Made by a program: the position numbers and the translations under genes. A stretch of 64,000 bases of DNA from Cenococcum geophilum (taxonomy: Eukaryota): contig CP158635.1 of the NCBI GenBank assembly GCA_050273025.1, forward strand, positions 31,806,001 to 31,870,000, in the 5' to 3' direction. Positions within the stretch are counted from its first letter, which is position 1. The number at the start of each line of letters is the position of its first letter. Positions 11,063-24,147 of the stretch are shown here, in pieces. The notes beneath the pieces were generated by a model, which saw nothing but the letters and a program-made list of their open reading frames with translations, did not search any database and was not told where the DNA came from.

Positions 11063-14000
11063 TTATACTAAGCTTACCCTACCCTACCTAGGAAGGCCTT
11101 AATAATATCCCACCCTAAAAGAAACTTTGTCTATAACGACGCGTTAACACGCTATACTTAGACACTAAAATAACTCTATATTGCCTGGGAAGGCCTAGAT
11201 AATATCTTACCTTATAAGCTAGACAGGACTAGACCTATACCCCTAGAATTAAAACCAAAGCGTATAATACCGACGAACCTTAGGAAGCTAACGATGGCGC
11301 CTAAAGTAAGCTTATCTAAAAGAGCTGCCTCTACCCGAGAGGAACCTAATATCTAATTAGGATTAGAAATTGAAGATAATAATAACGTTGTAGACATACG
11401 TGAGCAGATTCGCGCCCTCGCAGCTAGCTAGGAAGCCAATTATCTTAAAGTAAGAAATATATAAGAGACCCTATAAGAGATCCTAGAAAGCCTTATAGCC
11501 CTATAAAATAGCCTAGCTTCCCCTTCTTAAAGCCCTAGCCGACCTATTTACTCCACTAAATATAATATACTAGGGAGTACGGATACAATAATAAAGTAAT
11601 TAAAGTCCATTAAGCTTCCTAACCCCCCACCACTATCTAATAGGATAGACCCTACCTTTAAGAATTAGAGGATTTAAGTATAAGAAAAGCTCCGCGTTAA
11701 CTATAACTATTTCCTTTCCAAAGAAGCCAAAATGCTCTACCTCTTTAGTTAAACTACTAGGGACGCCCAACGGCACCTCTAAGCCAAGTTTAAGGACAAT
11801 TCCCCTATCTAATTTATATTTATTAATGAGATAATACGGCACCTAGCGGCTATTTATATTAACCTAAATAAAGTACGGGACGCCCGGTACGACTATAATC
11901 GCCTAATAATAAAACTAAACCAACCCTTTACCAAATTCTAGACTTAATTCCTATACCTTATAGGAGAAGGCTAGGTTCCCCTTAAGAACTACTAATTAGA
12001 CCTATATAATAAGCTAATAATTCGGCTATAAAAAAAGATTACTATAACCTTAGACGACCTGCCAACTTACGATAAACTTGTAGCCCGTTGCCTATTATTA
12101 GACTTAAAACTAAAGCGGATTAAAGCCCGTCCTAATTAGTAGAAGCAACTCTATAGCAACCGGAACTTACTAGCTATACCTATAGGAGCTAGAGTAGGAA
12201 GATAAGTTACAACTACTCTTATACTAAGAGTGGTTATAACTACGCACTAGTAAGCAACGCCTAATTAGCTATATACCACGCTATTAACTAATATTCGCCG
12301 TAATACTTTAATTAACCCTGCCTCGGCCATATGCTATAACTACAATAAGGAGGATTACTTTGCCTTGTCTTGCCCGGAGCTAAAGGATATAAGTAATATT
12401 AAGGAGATAGAGAAAGGAGAGACGTCTAACAAGTTAGGAAAAGAAGAACCCTAGGGAAAGACTCCCCCCTAGGGTACCCTATTAATCTTAAAGAGATTAA
12501 TCTAAGTTAGTTAATGGGTGGAAAATACTTTACGGTTCTATATATAGTATCTTAAAATGGATATAGTATTAACACAACCGCCCTTATTAACACTAGAGCA
12601 AATAGTTTTACCTTTATAAATACTGCCTATATAAATGACGTTGCTAAGTTTTTAAATATAAAAGCTACTAGACTAGAGAAGCCTATCTAAGTAAAAGGAT
12701 ATAACGGTTAGGCTAGTAAGCCGGTTACCTACGTCCTAAAGTTATATATCGCTCTTAACGGACGACGCCAGTATAATATCCCCTTTTGCATCCTAGACCT
12801 AGGGTCCTATAATATAATCCTTAGCCGAAAATAGATGTCCTATTTTAATATTTAGCTAAATATATAACGAAAATAATTCGTCTAGCCAGAGAATAGACTA
12901 AAATTACCTTTCTTTACTAGGGAAATCCGAACTAACCATAAGACACTAGCCGCGAGGGCTAACCCTACCTATTAGTAGGATATTAGGGACCGCGACCTAG
13001 CCTTCGCCTAAGAAAATGCCTATCGCGAGGCTAGAAGGAACTCTTTTATACTAATAAAGATACTCCCCTAGAGCGCTACGGTTAATAAGGACTCTACATA
13101 CGGTAGTGGGATAGATAGCAATATAAACGACGTCTAAATTACGCAGATCTAACTAATATAGAAGAGAATATACTAATAGGATATAAGAGATAACCTCTAA
13201 AAGATATAATAGGAGCTAAAAGAAGTAATAACAACGCCTTTACCCTAGAAGCCCCTAAGGTCCTATACACCCCCATTATCACATAATCCCCCTATAGTAG
13301 ATATTACGGCAATTAGCGCTATAGCATTCCACTTTAATATATACAGGAGGGACAATAAGGTCTTTATAACTAGCTTATATAAAATTAACCGGATCATTAA
13401 CAAGAGGGAAGAAAAGCTAGCTAAGGAAACTAATAAGGAACTAGTTAAACGCCTCCTCCCTACTACTTATACGGGATATAAGAATATATTCTCAAAAGCG
13501 GCTTTAGATAAGTTACCTCCTTACCAAACATATAATTATAGGATTCAATTAAAAGCCAATAACTCGCTAGGATATAGCCCTCTATACTAATAATTAATGG
13601 ATAAGCTAAAAGTAATAAAGTAGTACTTAATTAAGAACCTTAATAAAGGGTTTATTAAGCCGAGCCAAGCCCCTTTTGCTTCCCCTATCCTATTTATAAA
13701 AAAGCCTAATAGAGGCCTTTACTTCTATATCGACTACTAAAAGCTAAATACTATTACTTAAAAGGATCGGTATCCTATTCCTTTAATTAATGAGACCCTT
13801 ATACGTCTAAGCTAGGCAAAGATCTTTACCAAACTTAATATCTGCTAAGCTTTTTACCAAATTAGGATAGACCCTATATCTAAAGATTTAATAACGTTCC
13901 GTACCTATTACGGGTCCTATAAATATAAAGTCCTTCCTTTTAGACTAATAAATAGGCCAGCTATATACTAAAGGTACATAAATAATGTTCTTTTTAACTA

Positions 14001-16787
14001 CCTTAATAAATTCTACACAGTATACCTAGATAATATCCTTATATACTCAGATAACAAACTTAAATATAAAGTTTATATAAAGAAGGTCCTAGAGAGACTA
14101 CGGAACGTAGGCTTATAAGTTAATATTAAGAAATATAAATTCGGAGTAAAACGTATAAAGTACCTTAGGTTTATCGTTACTATAGAAGGAATTAAAGTTA
14201 ATCCTAAGAAGGTTAAAGCAATCCATAACTGGAAACCCCCTTATACCGTAAAAGGAATCCAGTCCTTTCTTAGTTTTTATAACTTCTACTACTAGTTTAT
14301 CTATAACTATAGAGTTGTAGCTAAGCCTCTAGTATAACTTACCCGGAAAAATACGCCTTTTATCTTTAATAGTGACTATATAGAAGCCTTTAAAGAGTTA
14401 AAAGAGCGGCTTATCTCTTTTCTAATTCTTTATTACTATAACCTAGACCTTAAATTAATGTTAGAAACGGACGCTTCTAACGAAGTTATAGCGGGAATCC
14501 TATTACAGCTATATTAGGACGGCGAATAGTACCCTATTACCTTCTTTTTAAAAACAATAGACCCGGCTAAGTATAACTACAAAATACACAATAAAGAAAT
14601 ACTAGCTATTATTTAATCGCTATCCTAATAGCGCGCGGAGTTTAAAGGTACGAACTCCCGGATTAAGATATATACAGATTATAAGGCCCTAGAGTACTTT
14701 ATAACTATAAAGCAGCTTACTAAATAATAAGCCTAGTAGGCTAAAGTACTCTCCTAATTCTTCTTTATAATTATATATTATTCTAGCAAGTAAAACTCTA
14801 AGGCTAATACCCTAACTTAAAGAGAATAAGATATAGGACCTTAGGATAAGCTAAAGACCTAATACCGGACGCGTGCGCTCCTTTATCCCAAATAGCTTAA
14901 TCTACGGATCCTTAAGGAGCTAGACTCCTAGCAAAACAAGCTAGCACTAATAGAGGAGTCCTTAGATAAACTAATAGGGCTAATTAACCACCTCCTAACT
15001 GCAAACCGCACGGCTAACGCCTTAAAGGCCCTCCGTAATTAAGCTATAAGAGGAGACCCTAATCTTAAAATAGAGGAAGGATTGCTCCTATATTAAGAGC
15101 GGCTTATAGTCCCTAACGTTAACAATCTACGTACTAAACTAATTCGCGAAGCCTATTGCTAAGTCTCTACGGCACACCCTAGTAAAAACAAGACCTATAA
15201 AATTATTAGCGGCCGCTACTACTAGCCTAAGATAGCTATAGATATTAATTAATATATACGGAACTGCGATGACTACTAAAGAGCTATAATCCCACGAGAT
15301 AAGACCCTAGGACTACTAAAACCGCTTCTAATACTAGAGCGCCCCTAGTAACATATCTTTATAGACTTCTATAAACTACCTACAGACCGTAACGGATATA
15401 ATATAGTTATAATCCTAGTTAACTACTTTAGTAAGCGCCTATTCTTAATCCTCTGCTATAAGAATATTAATGCCAAAGAGGCGGCCCGGCTATATATCTA
15501 CTACGTCTACTAAATTTATAGACTGCCAGACACTATTATATCTAATTACGGGCCGCAGTTTATATTAGCCTTCTAGAACGAGTTTACCTAGATCCTAGGT
15601 ATTAAGCTAAAGCTCTCTACGGCGTATTACCCTTAGATAGACAGTTAGACAGAGATTATAAATTAGTATTTAGACCAGAGACTCCGGCCCTTTATTAACT
15701 ACTTCTAGGATAACTGGTCTAAACTACTCCCCCTAATAGACTATGCCCAAGCGACCCTACCCCACAACTCTATAGGGTTCGCCCCTATTTAGCTAGAAAT
15801 GGGCTACTTACCCCACATAAGCTTTAACTAGAAAAGATTAGCAGAACCCCAGACTATACATAAGAAACTATCCTATAGTAAGGCCCAGCAATACGCTAAA
15901 CGCTTAAAAGAGGCCTAGATGGTAGCCTATAAGAACTTAAAAAAAGCCTAGAGGTTAATAAAACAGTAAGTAAATAAACACCACTAGGAACCTAACTTTG
16001 CCCCTAGTAATAGGGTTTAGGTTATAACAAAGAATTAAAAAACTAAGCGGCCTAGCCGTAAGCTAGACTACTAGATAGTAGGACTATATAAGGTCCTAGA
16101 GAAGGTAGGCAACTTATATAGGGTAAAGCTCCCGGATTTAATTAGAGTTTACCCTATTTTCTTGCTAAATAGGTTATAGAAAGCTATAAGCGACCTATTA
16201 CCCGGGCAGAAGAACGAGCCTCCCCTACTAATTTAAGTTAGTGGCGACAATAAATAGGAAGTTGAGGAAATACTAGTATATAGGCTAGTATAAGGAGCGC
16301 TAAAATACCGTGTTTAATAGAAGGGCTATAACCTAGACCCAACCTAGTACCCCGCTTAGAACTTTATAGGCTACCCCTAAAAGCTTAAAGAGTTCTATAA
16401 TTAATACCCTAACTTACCTAGACCCCTAAAGTACCTAGATAAGTAGATAGAATATTAGTATAATAAAGATAATAAGTTACCGGAAGAGCATAGAGATAAA
16501 AACGCCCTAAGGCCTAAGGAACGAAGCCTACTATAACATACGGCCACCTAGATTTACGCGTCATATAAGGCCTTTAGATATCCAGGAACTTTAACCACCG
16601 GTTAAAGTTCTCTAATTAGTCGGATCCTTGCCAAGAGTTTTAGCGGCTACTCTTTCCACTCTAGCGCTCCACGTGACCTATGGTCGCCTTATATACTTAG
16701 TCTAAACGTACTTACGTTTCCTCTCTCTAGTTCTACTTCGTTTCTAATAAAGCCTAAAGGCAGGCTTTCTTTTAAAGGGGGGGGTAA

Positions 16788-16979
16788 TATTACGGCACTA
16801 TAACGCGTAACCTGGACAGGGAGCCTAGTTAGGGGTTCGGCTAAGGACTTAGCGTTATAACGCGTATATATTACGCCTCTACCTCCTATACATACCTCTC
16901 CTCTTCTCCTTAGCTTAGTATCTTTATAAGATAGCATTCTACAAGCTTCGGTTCAGAAGCATTTATATGAGCCGTCATA
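16788..16979 (+). repeat. 3' LTR of the chromovirus
   Basis: Preceded by the PPT and followed by TSD TATAC. Confidence 0.93.
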
Positions 16980-19266
16980 TATACTATAAACATATATTCT
17001 TTAGGTATTCCCACTACTATTATTTATTAAGGTATTCTTCCGTAAGAAATTTTTTTAATTAAAGTATTAAGTCTTCTAACTCCTAAACTTCTATTAGATG
17101 CTATCTATATATATACTTAATATTTCTATATTATTGCTTATCTAGCGCCTAATATATCCTTATAGGGTACTTCCAATTCTTTTCTTTTAGGTTCTTATAT
17201 ATTTTATATATATAATCTATATATATAATCTATAATAGCGTATAATACGCTAGGTGCTTTAGGTTAACTCTTAACTCGTCTTTATTTTTAAGTTTAAACC
17301 TTTATTATATTAATCTAAACGTTATAACTTTATTTATAGATACTAAGATTTACCTTTTACTTCTTTAGTCCTTTAATTATTCCTCTAGATCTCTTAACGT
17401 TATAATTAAAGCTCCCTTAATATAACTTATAGCTTTTTCTATAATAGGGTAGTCCTAGATAACTTTTTTTATCTAACTATATATAGAAATCTTCCTACTT
17501 ATTATTATATTATTACCTATACTATTTTTAGTATAGCTATTAAAGTATATACGGCTTATCTATAAGGAAGTATCTTCTTATTACTATATTATAATAGCCC
17601 TTTATATATCGTTCTTTAAACCTAATAGGGATCCCTAGATCCTCTTCTTATTCCAGTTTAGTAAGCTATTTTGCTCTTAGCGTGCCTACCTTAGGCCTAT
17701 TAGTAATTCTTTATATAGGTACTCTGTCCCTTATATAACCTAGTATACTAAATCTCTAGTCTAGTTTCTATTCTTACTATATAAGGATTCTCTGCCTAAA
17801 TTCCTCTATAGTTTCCTTTATTTTTCGCCTTATAAGTAAATCCTTAAAGTCTTCTTACTTCTTAATCTTAGTATTAATTTTCTTAATAGTCCTTATTTAT
17901 ATATTAAAGTCTTAGTTCTATAGAACTCTTAATCCTAAGCTTACTTTCTTCTTAAGCTTAGCTTTAGCCTTAGTTTAACTAGGCTTTTGTAGTATTCTTA
18001 TCTTATTTTAAGAATCTTAAATCTTACTTATCTTGTCTTAAGAATCTTATACCTTTTGGAAACTTTGTCCTAAGCTTATTTATATATTACTAAACTAAGC
18101 CGCTACTCTACTCTATTGGTTGTTATCCGTTATAGGTCCTTAAGCATATCTTATCCTATCTTAGGAATCTTAAGCGTCTCTTATCTCTTCTTAAGAATCT
18201 TAAGCCTGTAGCCTTTTACCTTTATTAAGTGCTAAAGTAGTTCACTATTCTACTTCTCTTGTATTTTATAAAGCAATAGATATTATATCTAGTAGGGTCT
18301 TAATCCCTACTAATATTCCCTATTCTATAGTGGAATTATCTTCTACCTCTATTACAATATCTCCGAGGTTTATACGCTCCTAGTAAGCTGCCTTTATTGC
18401 CTTATTATTACTAAATATTTCGCCTATATTAAATTTATTATCTTTAATATTTAATCTATAAGATAGTTCGTTAGTTCCTTTAAACTCTAATAATTTTAGC
18501 TTTTATAACTAATAGCTTACGCTATACTTAGCATCCTTATAAATTTAGTATATATTATTATAATAAAACACAAAACTTCTAATTAAACATTCTTTTATTC
18601 CTTATAGTACGCTATTATCCCTCTATATATATACATTATCTACTAGTCTAATTCCCTTTACCATATAGCTTCTCTAACTATCTTTATAGTTTCTAGTAAA
18701 ATAACCCTATTTTCCGCAATTTATATAAGCTCCTTTTATAAACCATTTTTCTTACTATAGAGTCCGCCTAAACGTCTTTTACTGCTAAGATCCCTAGTTT
18801 AGCCTCTACTCCTTAAACCTTTAATTACTTAATCCTTATCCTCTAGGTTTCTATAGTTTCTTATTTTATTTTTTATTTTCTTTAGTACCGCTTAGGTCTA
18901 TTAGCTCTGCGCTATACTATAGTTTTTAACTTTAACTTTATTATTGCGTACTCTGCGCCTTATACGACTATAGAACTCTATCCTAACCTTTCTTGGTCTG
19001 CTCTCTTTAGTAGATCCTATTATTAATCTTAATTACTTAATTAATTAATTCCCTAAGAGTATCCGCATCTTTTATTAGGATAATTACATCTTAAACTTTT
19101 ACTTTAAGTCCTTATTTATACTGTGCTATAAGCGCCTTATTGTTCTATTTAACCTATATAGCTAATATTTAAAACTACGTTGTATACTTAATTGCTAAAG
19201 TTTTCTATACTACGTTTTAAAGCTTTTATTCCGCTATAGTAGTTACTTTTAGGTCCCCAAATATCT

Positions 19267-19472
19267 ATATTAATTATTTTATAAACCTATTCTAGCTAGC
19301 AAATATATATTATACTTTTTAATTAGTTACTATGCTATATTCTTATACTTTTATAAGGTAAGATTTAAAATATTAATTATTTTATAAACCTATTCTAGCT
19401 AGCAAATATATATTATACTTTTTAATTAGTTACTATGCTATATTCTTATACTTTTATAAGGTAAGATTTAAA
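19267..19472. repeat. Perfect 103-bp tandem duplication
   Basis: 19267-19369 and 19370-19472 read identical. Confidence 0.85.
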
Positions 19473-19867
19473 CCACTTAAGTGCCCTTCCTATTAAGAAT
19501 AGTCCTACATAGGCTACTTAGTCTATAGCTATTGCTAACCTTCCTCCCTCTTATATAACCTTAAAGTGTATTTACGTAAGAAATCCTTTAAGCTTTAACT
19601 TCTCTCCTAAGAATTATTTAATCAATAGTAACTTAACCTTTACTACTCCTATTCTATTAATTCTTTCTTTAAGTATCCTATTATTGTCCGTTAATTAATT
19701 AACCATTTTTTATAGCTATCTAACGGTAACTAGTTAAGAGTTAGTATTTACTATACTAGTGTCATTACCTAATCCTAAAGTAGTTACTACTGTTAACGGC
19801 GTTATAGCTACTACTTTTAGTAATATATTATTTAACTTTATTAATACTATAACCTTAGTAGTAAATA

Positions 19868-20287
19868 TATAACAAAGCCTTATAGTAGGAACTACGGTAA
19901 ACTTATTAATAGGCTAAGTATATAGGTAAATAAGAAGTTAACAACGTAATAATAACTGGTAGAGTAATTACCTAATAGATTAACTCTAATTATATTCTAA
20001 GGTTTACTATAAAGAAGAGAAACTATCTATAGAGACTATATGTCCTTAAATATATAACTCCTCCCTATAGTAAAGGGTTTAGTACGTTAGTACGTTAGTA
20101 CGTTAGTATATTACGTTCCTACGTTCCCACGTTTCTATATTCTAAACTTATAACGTAACTAGCCACGTAACTTAGCTACCCCTAATTTTATAGCTCGATT
20201 AGTGCTAGCGCCTCCTATACTATCTTAACTAACCCGTTTATATCTACTTTTAGTAGTCAAATTACTACCGATATAAGGTCCGTAACA
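19868..20287 (-). repeat. 5' LTR of Gypsy host copy A (~420 bp)
   Basis: Homologous to 43737-44159; both end CCGTAACA on the plus strand. Confidence 0.8.
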
Positions 20288-21569
20288 TCTATATATAAAT
20301 AAGCCTTTAGCTAAGCTAAAAGGATTATTACTAATAAGCGTAATTAACTGTTGGCCGATATAATTAAAGCAGATTAATATTAAAAATAGTAGTTAATTAA
20401 AGGCCTTTTATCAAGCAGTTTAATTAACTATATTAACTCTAATAGAGGTTTAACTATACCTTAGTTAACGAGCTTAAATATTAATCTTACTAGCTATAAG
20501 CCAACTATAGAGGTAGAAAAGCTAGCTTAGTAAGATATATTTAATAGAGCTTTGTATTTAATTAAATCTAATATAGAAATAAAGCCTCTGGAGCTCTTAC
20601 TAATACCTTTTTTTAACCTTACCACTAACGTTACTACTAAACATTCTACCTTTTTAACCCTTTATAGGTGCGCAGGACAAATTTAGCTATATTTAAATAC
20701 TATATTAGGTAAATTAGGGTTAGATTTAATTAGGCAACGTTAATATTTATATATAGAGAGGTGCTGCCAAAAATCCGTAATAAAATACTATAAAGTCTAT
20801 ATTAATTTCCTAATTAAGACAGCTAGCTGACAGCGTAATAGTTAGCGTACCTTACCTCGCAGTTAGCGGACAGCGAGCGGTCCAATTGACGCAGTCAGTT
20901 AGCTATAAAAGCTAAAGCTCGCAGCTAGCTGACTGTTGGACACACTGGATTCACCTTTATCTGCGCCCCGCAGCCTCACTTCACCTTCACGTTCTGCCTT
21001 CCAAATTTATCCGCAGCTCTACTAAACTTCTTACGTGCTAAATCTTTCATCTAACAATAACCCTTCCACCTATCAAATCTCTTAGTTCATTTTAGCGGTA
21101 AGCATGTCTATTTGCTAAGCTAGAGGGGCACTTAATTGTCCACATTTGTTAACTAAATTCATAGTCGAGTTTTACTCACGCCTTCTACTAACTAGATTTA
21201 AGGCCATTTTTCTAAGTAGTGGGCCTTCCGAACGCTAGTGCTATTACTTTACCAATTAATCAAAGTCGAATTTAGCTTACACTACATTTAAAAATACTAT
21301 CCCCATTAGTAAGTCATTACTTAAGAAGGAGTTATACTGAATACTGTTTCCATTCTGGAATCGCTGTTCCTTAATTCATTTACTTATTATACATGCTAGT
21401 GGAAAACTCTTGACGCCATCTGCCCTTCTATAGAGAATGAAGAGGAAGACACTAGAGATGGAGTGTCAATTGGCATCTGGATGACGCCAGCAAGCTATTA
21501 GGACTATATTGCGTATCGGGATATTATTAGAAGACAGCCAACTGGAGAAAGGGAGAGTAAAGTGGTACT

Positions 21570-22709
21570 TAGTGTTTTTATCAGTATTCGATACTAATTA
21601 CGCTTATTAAAATATTAAATATTAACATTTAATATTTAATACTAATACACAATGTTTAATACTAAAAGTTATTAAGTATTAAATATTTTTAGAGTTAAGG
21701 TAACGTGTTTCACCAGTCATTTATTAATACTAGTTATTTAACACCCTACTAACCACCAAGACGCGTCTTTATACGATTAATCCACTATAACGCCTTTAAT
21801 TAAATTAAAAATATATCTAATTATATTCTTTTAGATCTGGATATATACGAATTATATGGCCTTAAATATAACAGTTACTATACGTCCTTAGTACGCGTTA
21901 TTATTATTCATTGCTTAACGTCCGATTTAGATCCCTATTAGGCCTACGCGGACTACTCCTTATATACATGTGGGGAGAAAACTCTATTTAAGAAAACCCC
22001 GTAATCTATCTCTCTGCCTTTTAGGACTTGCCTATAAGGCGCCTGCAAGGCGCCTACAAGTCACCTGTGGTGCTCTACTATCTTACTTTTTAACCTTTTT
22101 AGGAACCACTGCTGCCGTAACAAGCCTACGGACGCGCTAGTATTATAAACTTTACTCTACCACTATAGAGTCATTAGGGGGCGCCCGTTGCTCACCCCCC
22201 CCCCCCCCCCCCCCCCGCCCTCTATTACCATTTCCCTTATAACCCGGAACTGGTTTAGTATATTTTAGCTAATAAGCTACTAGGTAACCGCCTTAAGGCC
22301 TTTTTATATTAAGAGTAGTGTGTTATAGTTCTCTGTGCGCAAATACTAGAATTAAAAGTACGTGTATGGTTATAGAGGCTTAATTCTATTAATTCTATTA
22401 GCTGGCTCTTATTAATAACCGTAGGACTAAATCCACTAGCTAAAGGGATAGATGTAGTAGCTAAAACTCTTAAGCGTATACGGCTTATAGAGTAATTAAA
22501 TATAATACTAAGCCAAGGATTACTACGTTAACGATATTAGTAGGAGATTAGTTAAATTTTAAAGCTCCGCAGAGCCCGATTTTTATATACTAAGGCTCTA
22601 TATACTAGGTTTAATAATTAATAATTAATATATTTTCAATATGAGTCAGCGATTCAATATAAATATCAATACGACCTTATATTGATGTTGAATATTGATA
22701 AAAACACTG
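21570..22709. mobile_element. hAT-type non-autonomous TIR element (MITE-like)
   Basis: ~20-bp TIRs (T/C)AGTGTTTTTATCA(G/A)TATTC. 8-bp TSD GTGGTACT at 21562-21569 and 22710-22717, the length typical of hAT. No transposase ORF seen. Confidence 0.88.
21898..22338 (-). mobile_element. 5'-truncated copy of the Tad1-like LINE inserted in the hAT MITE
   Basis: Reverse complement of ~9955-10370, with a (TAA)n tail at 21898-21908. Confidence 0.88.
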
Positions 22710-24147
22710 GTGGTACTAAAGCTGGTGCGGGAGGAAGCGGATCCCGACAAAGGTGGTCAAAACCTCCTTGCTATGGCTATGCCAGGGCCCTCTAGAATGG
22801 TTGATATGGCAGATCCTTATGATATGGTGATGTGAGCTGGGGTTTACTTCTTGGGTTTATTGTACGAGGCAAATAAAAGTTGACAATATTCTCGTATTAG
22901 CATCTTGACCAGCTTGACAAGGGCAACTAAGGAAGTAAAAGCATTGGAATTGTCCCACATTTTAAAAGTTAAAACACTAGCTCAGTGGAGTATCTGAATC
23001 CCTGTAAGTGGACATAACTCCTACTTGAGTGGAGAGTATTTTACCACGAATTCACAACAGATTTTATAGATCCTTGAAGGTGGTTCTGGTAGTTGTTGGC
23101 CCTCACCGCAGATTTTTCGCATATATAAATTCCCACGGAAACTCCTCGTATGGGATACCTGAGTAGATGCATTTCTCCTGGAATATAAGACGAGATACAG
23201 GGTCGCCGTCGAGGTTGGGAATGGTCGTGGGATGATCGCTAACTACATTTGATATCAGAATGAGTGAGGGAATTAATCATGATTGAATGGAGTTTACAGC
23301 ATACCAGCCTGAAAACCACGTCTCCCAGCTTGTTTTTGACTGTCGAGCCTGTGGCCTCGACTAATCCAACGAATTGAGCCTCGGCGCCAGGAGTCCTGAG
23401 ATGATCGCGCACTACATGTAACATCAGCGTTAGCAGAGCATCAATGGGAAATGGAACAAGTCTACAAAATACCAGCCTGGAGAGCAGTATCTTCTAACCC
23501 ATCAACATAAACCAACCCTCTAACCTCGAGTCATTTGGTAAAGTGGCCCCGAGCCTTCTCATCATCTCATCCTGCCATTTTGACTGCCAAAAGGTGTTAG
23601 CGATGAGCTTACGCGCGAGGAGCCCGAATAGTAAATCAATAGAATGAGGGAGTGCCACTAACATTGAAGTTGAGCTTAGGTTCGGATGTGGGAAATGAAG
23701 TGGGGTGAGACGTGCTCAAGCCTGGTATATCAACAGATATCCGAGTTTCTAGCCTCAAGTGCGATGTTTGAGGGGTGCAAGATTGATAGAGGGCGACCTT
23801 CACTCAGAAAGGGAGGAAAAGTGGAAAGTAGAATGAGGCTCTGAACTTGTTAAGGAATTGTAGTTAGGGAAGAGAAAGTGGTTGGAAAAAAGAAGTTGAG
23901 GAAGAGAGAGAGTTTAACGACGCGAGCAGGCAGAATTGTAGATTTACTCAAAAAGTCTTGGCAGTCATCAAAGCTGCCTCAATCATGAGCCAATCGGCCA
24001 TCGCGACTTTAATCCAGTTGTCATTCCAAAGCATAGCTTCCCAAAACCCCACCATAATATCCAAACATACCAGATCGTCCCGATCGTCCAAAACATAGTC
24101 ATGATGTATAACTCCGAGACTAGGCCCCAACCCAATGCCTAGAGAGA

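Larger units (their letters stand above)
10871..16979 (+). mobile_element. Full-length Ty3/Gypsy chromovirus-type LTR retrotransposon, RIP-degraded
   Basis: 192-bp LTRs; TSD TATAC at 10866-10870 and 16980-16984; PPT AAAGGGGGGGG at 16774-16784. gag from ~11294 with a CCHC knuckle ~12330; protease IDTGA-like ~12586; RT YLDD ~14023; RNase H ETDAS ~14464; integrase; chromodomain WEVEEIL...WKGY ~16255-16330. Confidence 0.95.
418..20287 (-). mobile_element. RIP-degraded Ty3/Gypsy LTR retrotransposon, host copy A (interrupted by three younger insertions; 3' part not seen in the window)
   Basis: Segments 418-935, 4226-4796, 10375-10870 and 16980-18820 are colinear with the second copy at ~52835-61329. 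Minus strand has an RT YLDD-like codon run near 810-825. 5' LTR at 19868-20287. Left boundary approximate. Confidence 0.85.

Noticed and set aside
1..22700. Alternative genetic code (TAA/TAG = Gln)
   Set aside because: In-frame stops are confined to repeats and accompanied by G>A changes, while island genes use standard stops; this is RIP.
22718..23900. Possible decayed gene next to the MITE
   Set aside because: Normal composition, but stops in the frames translated and no recognisable motif.
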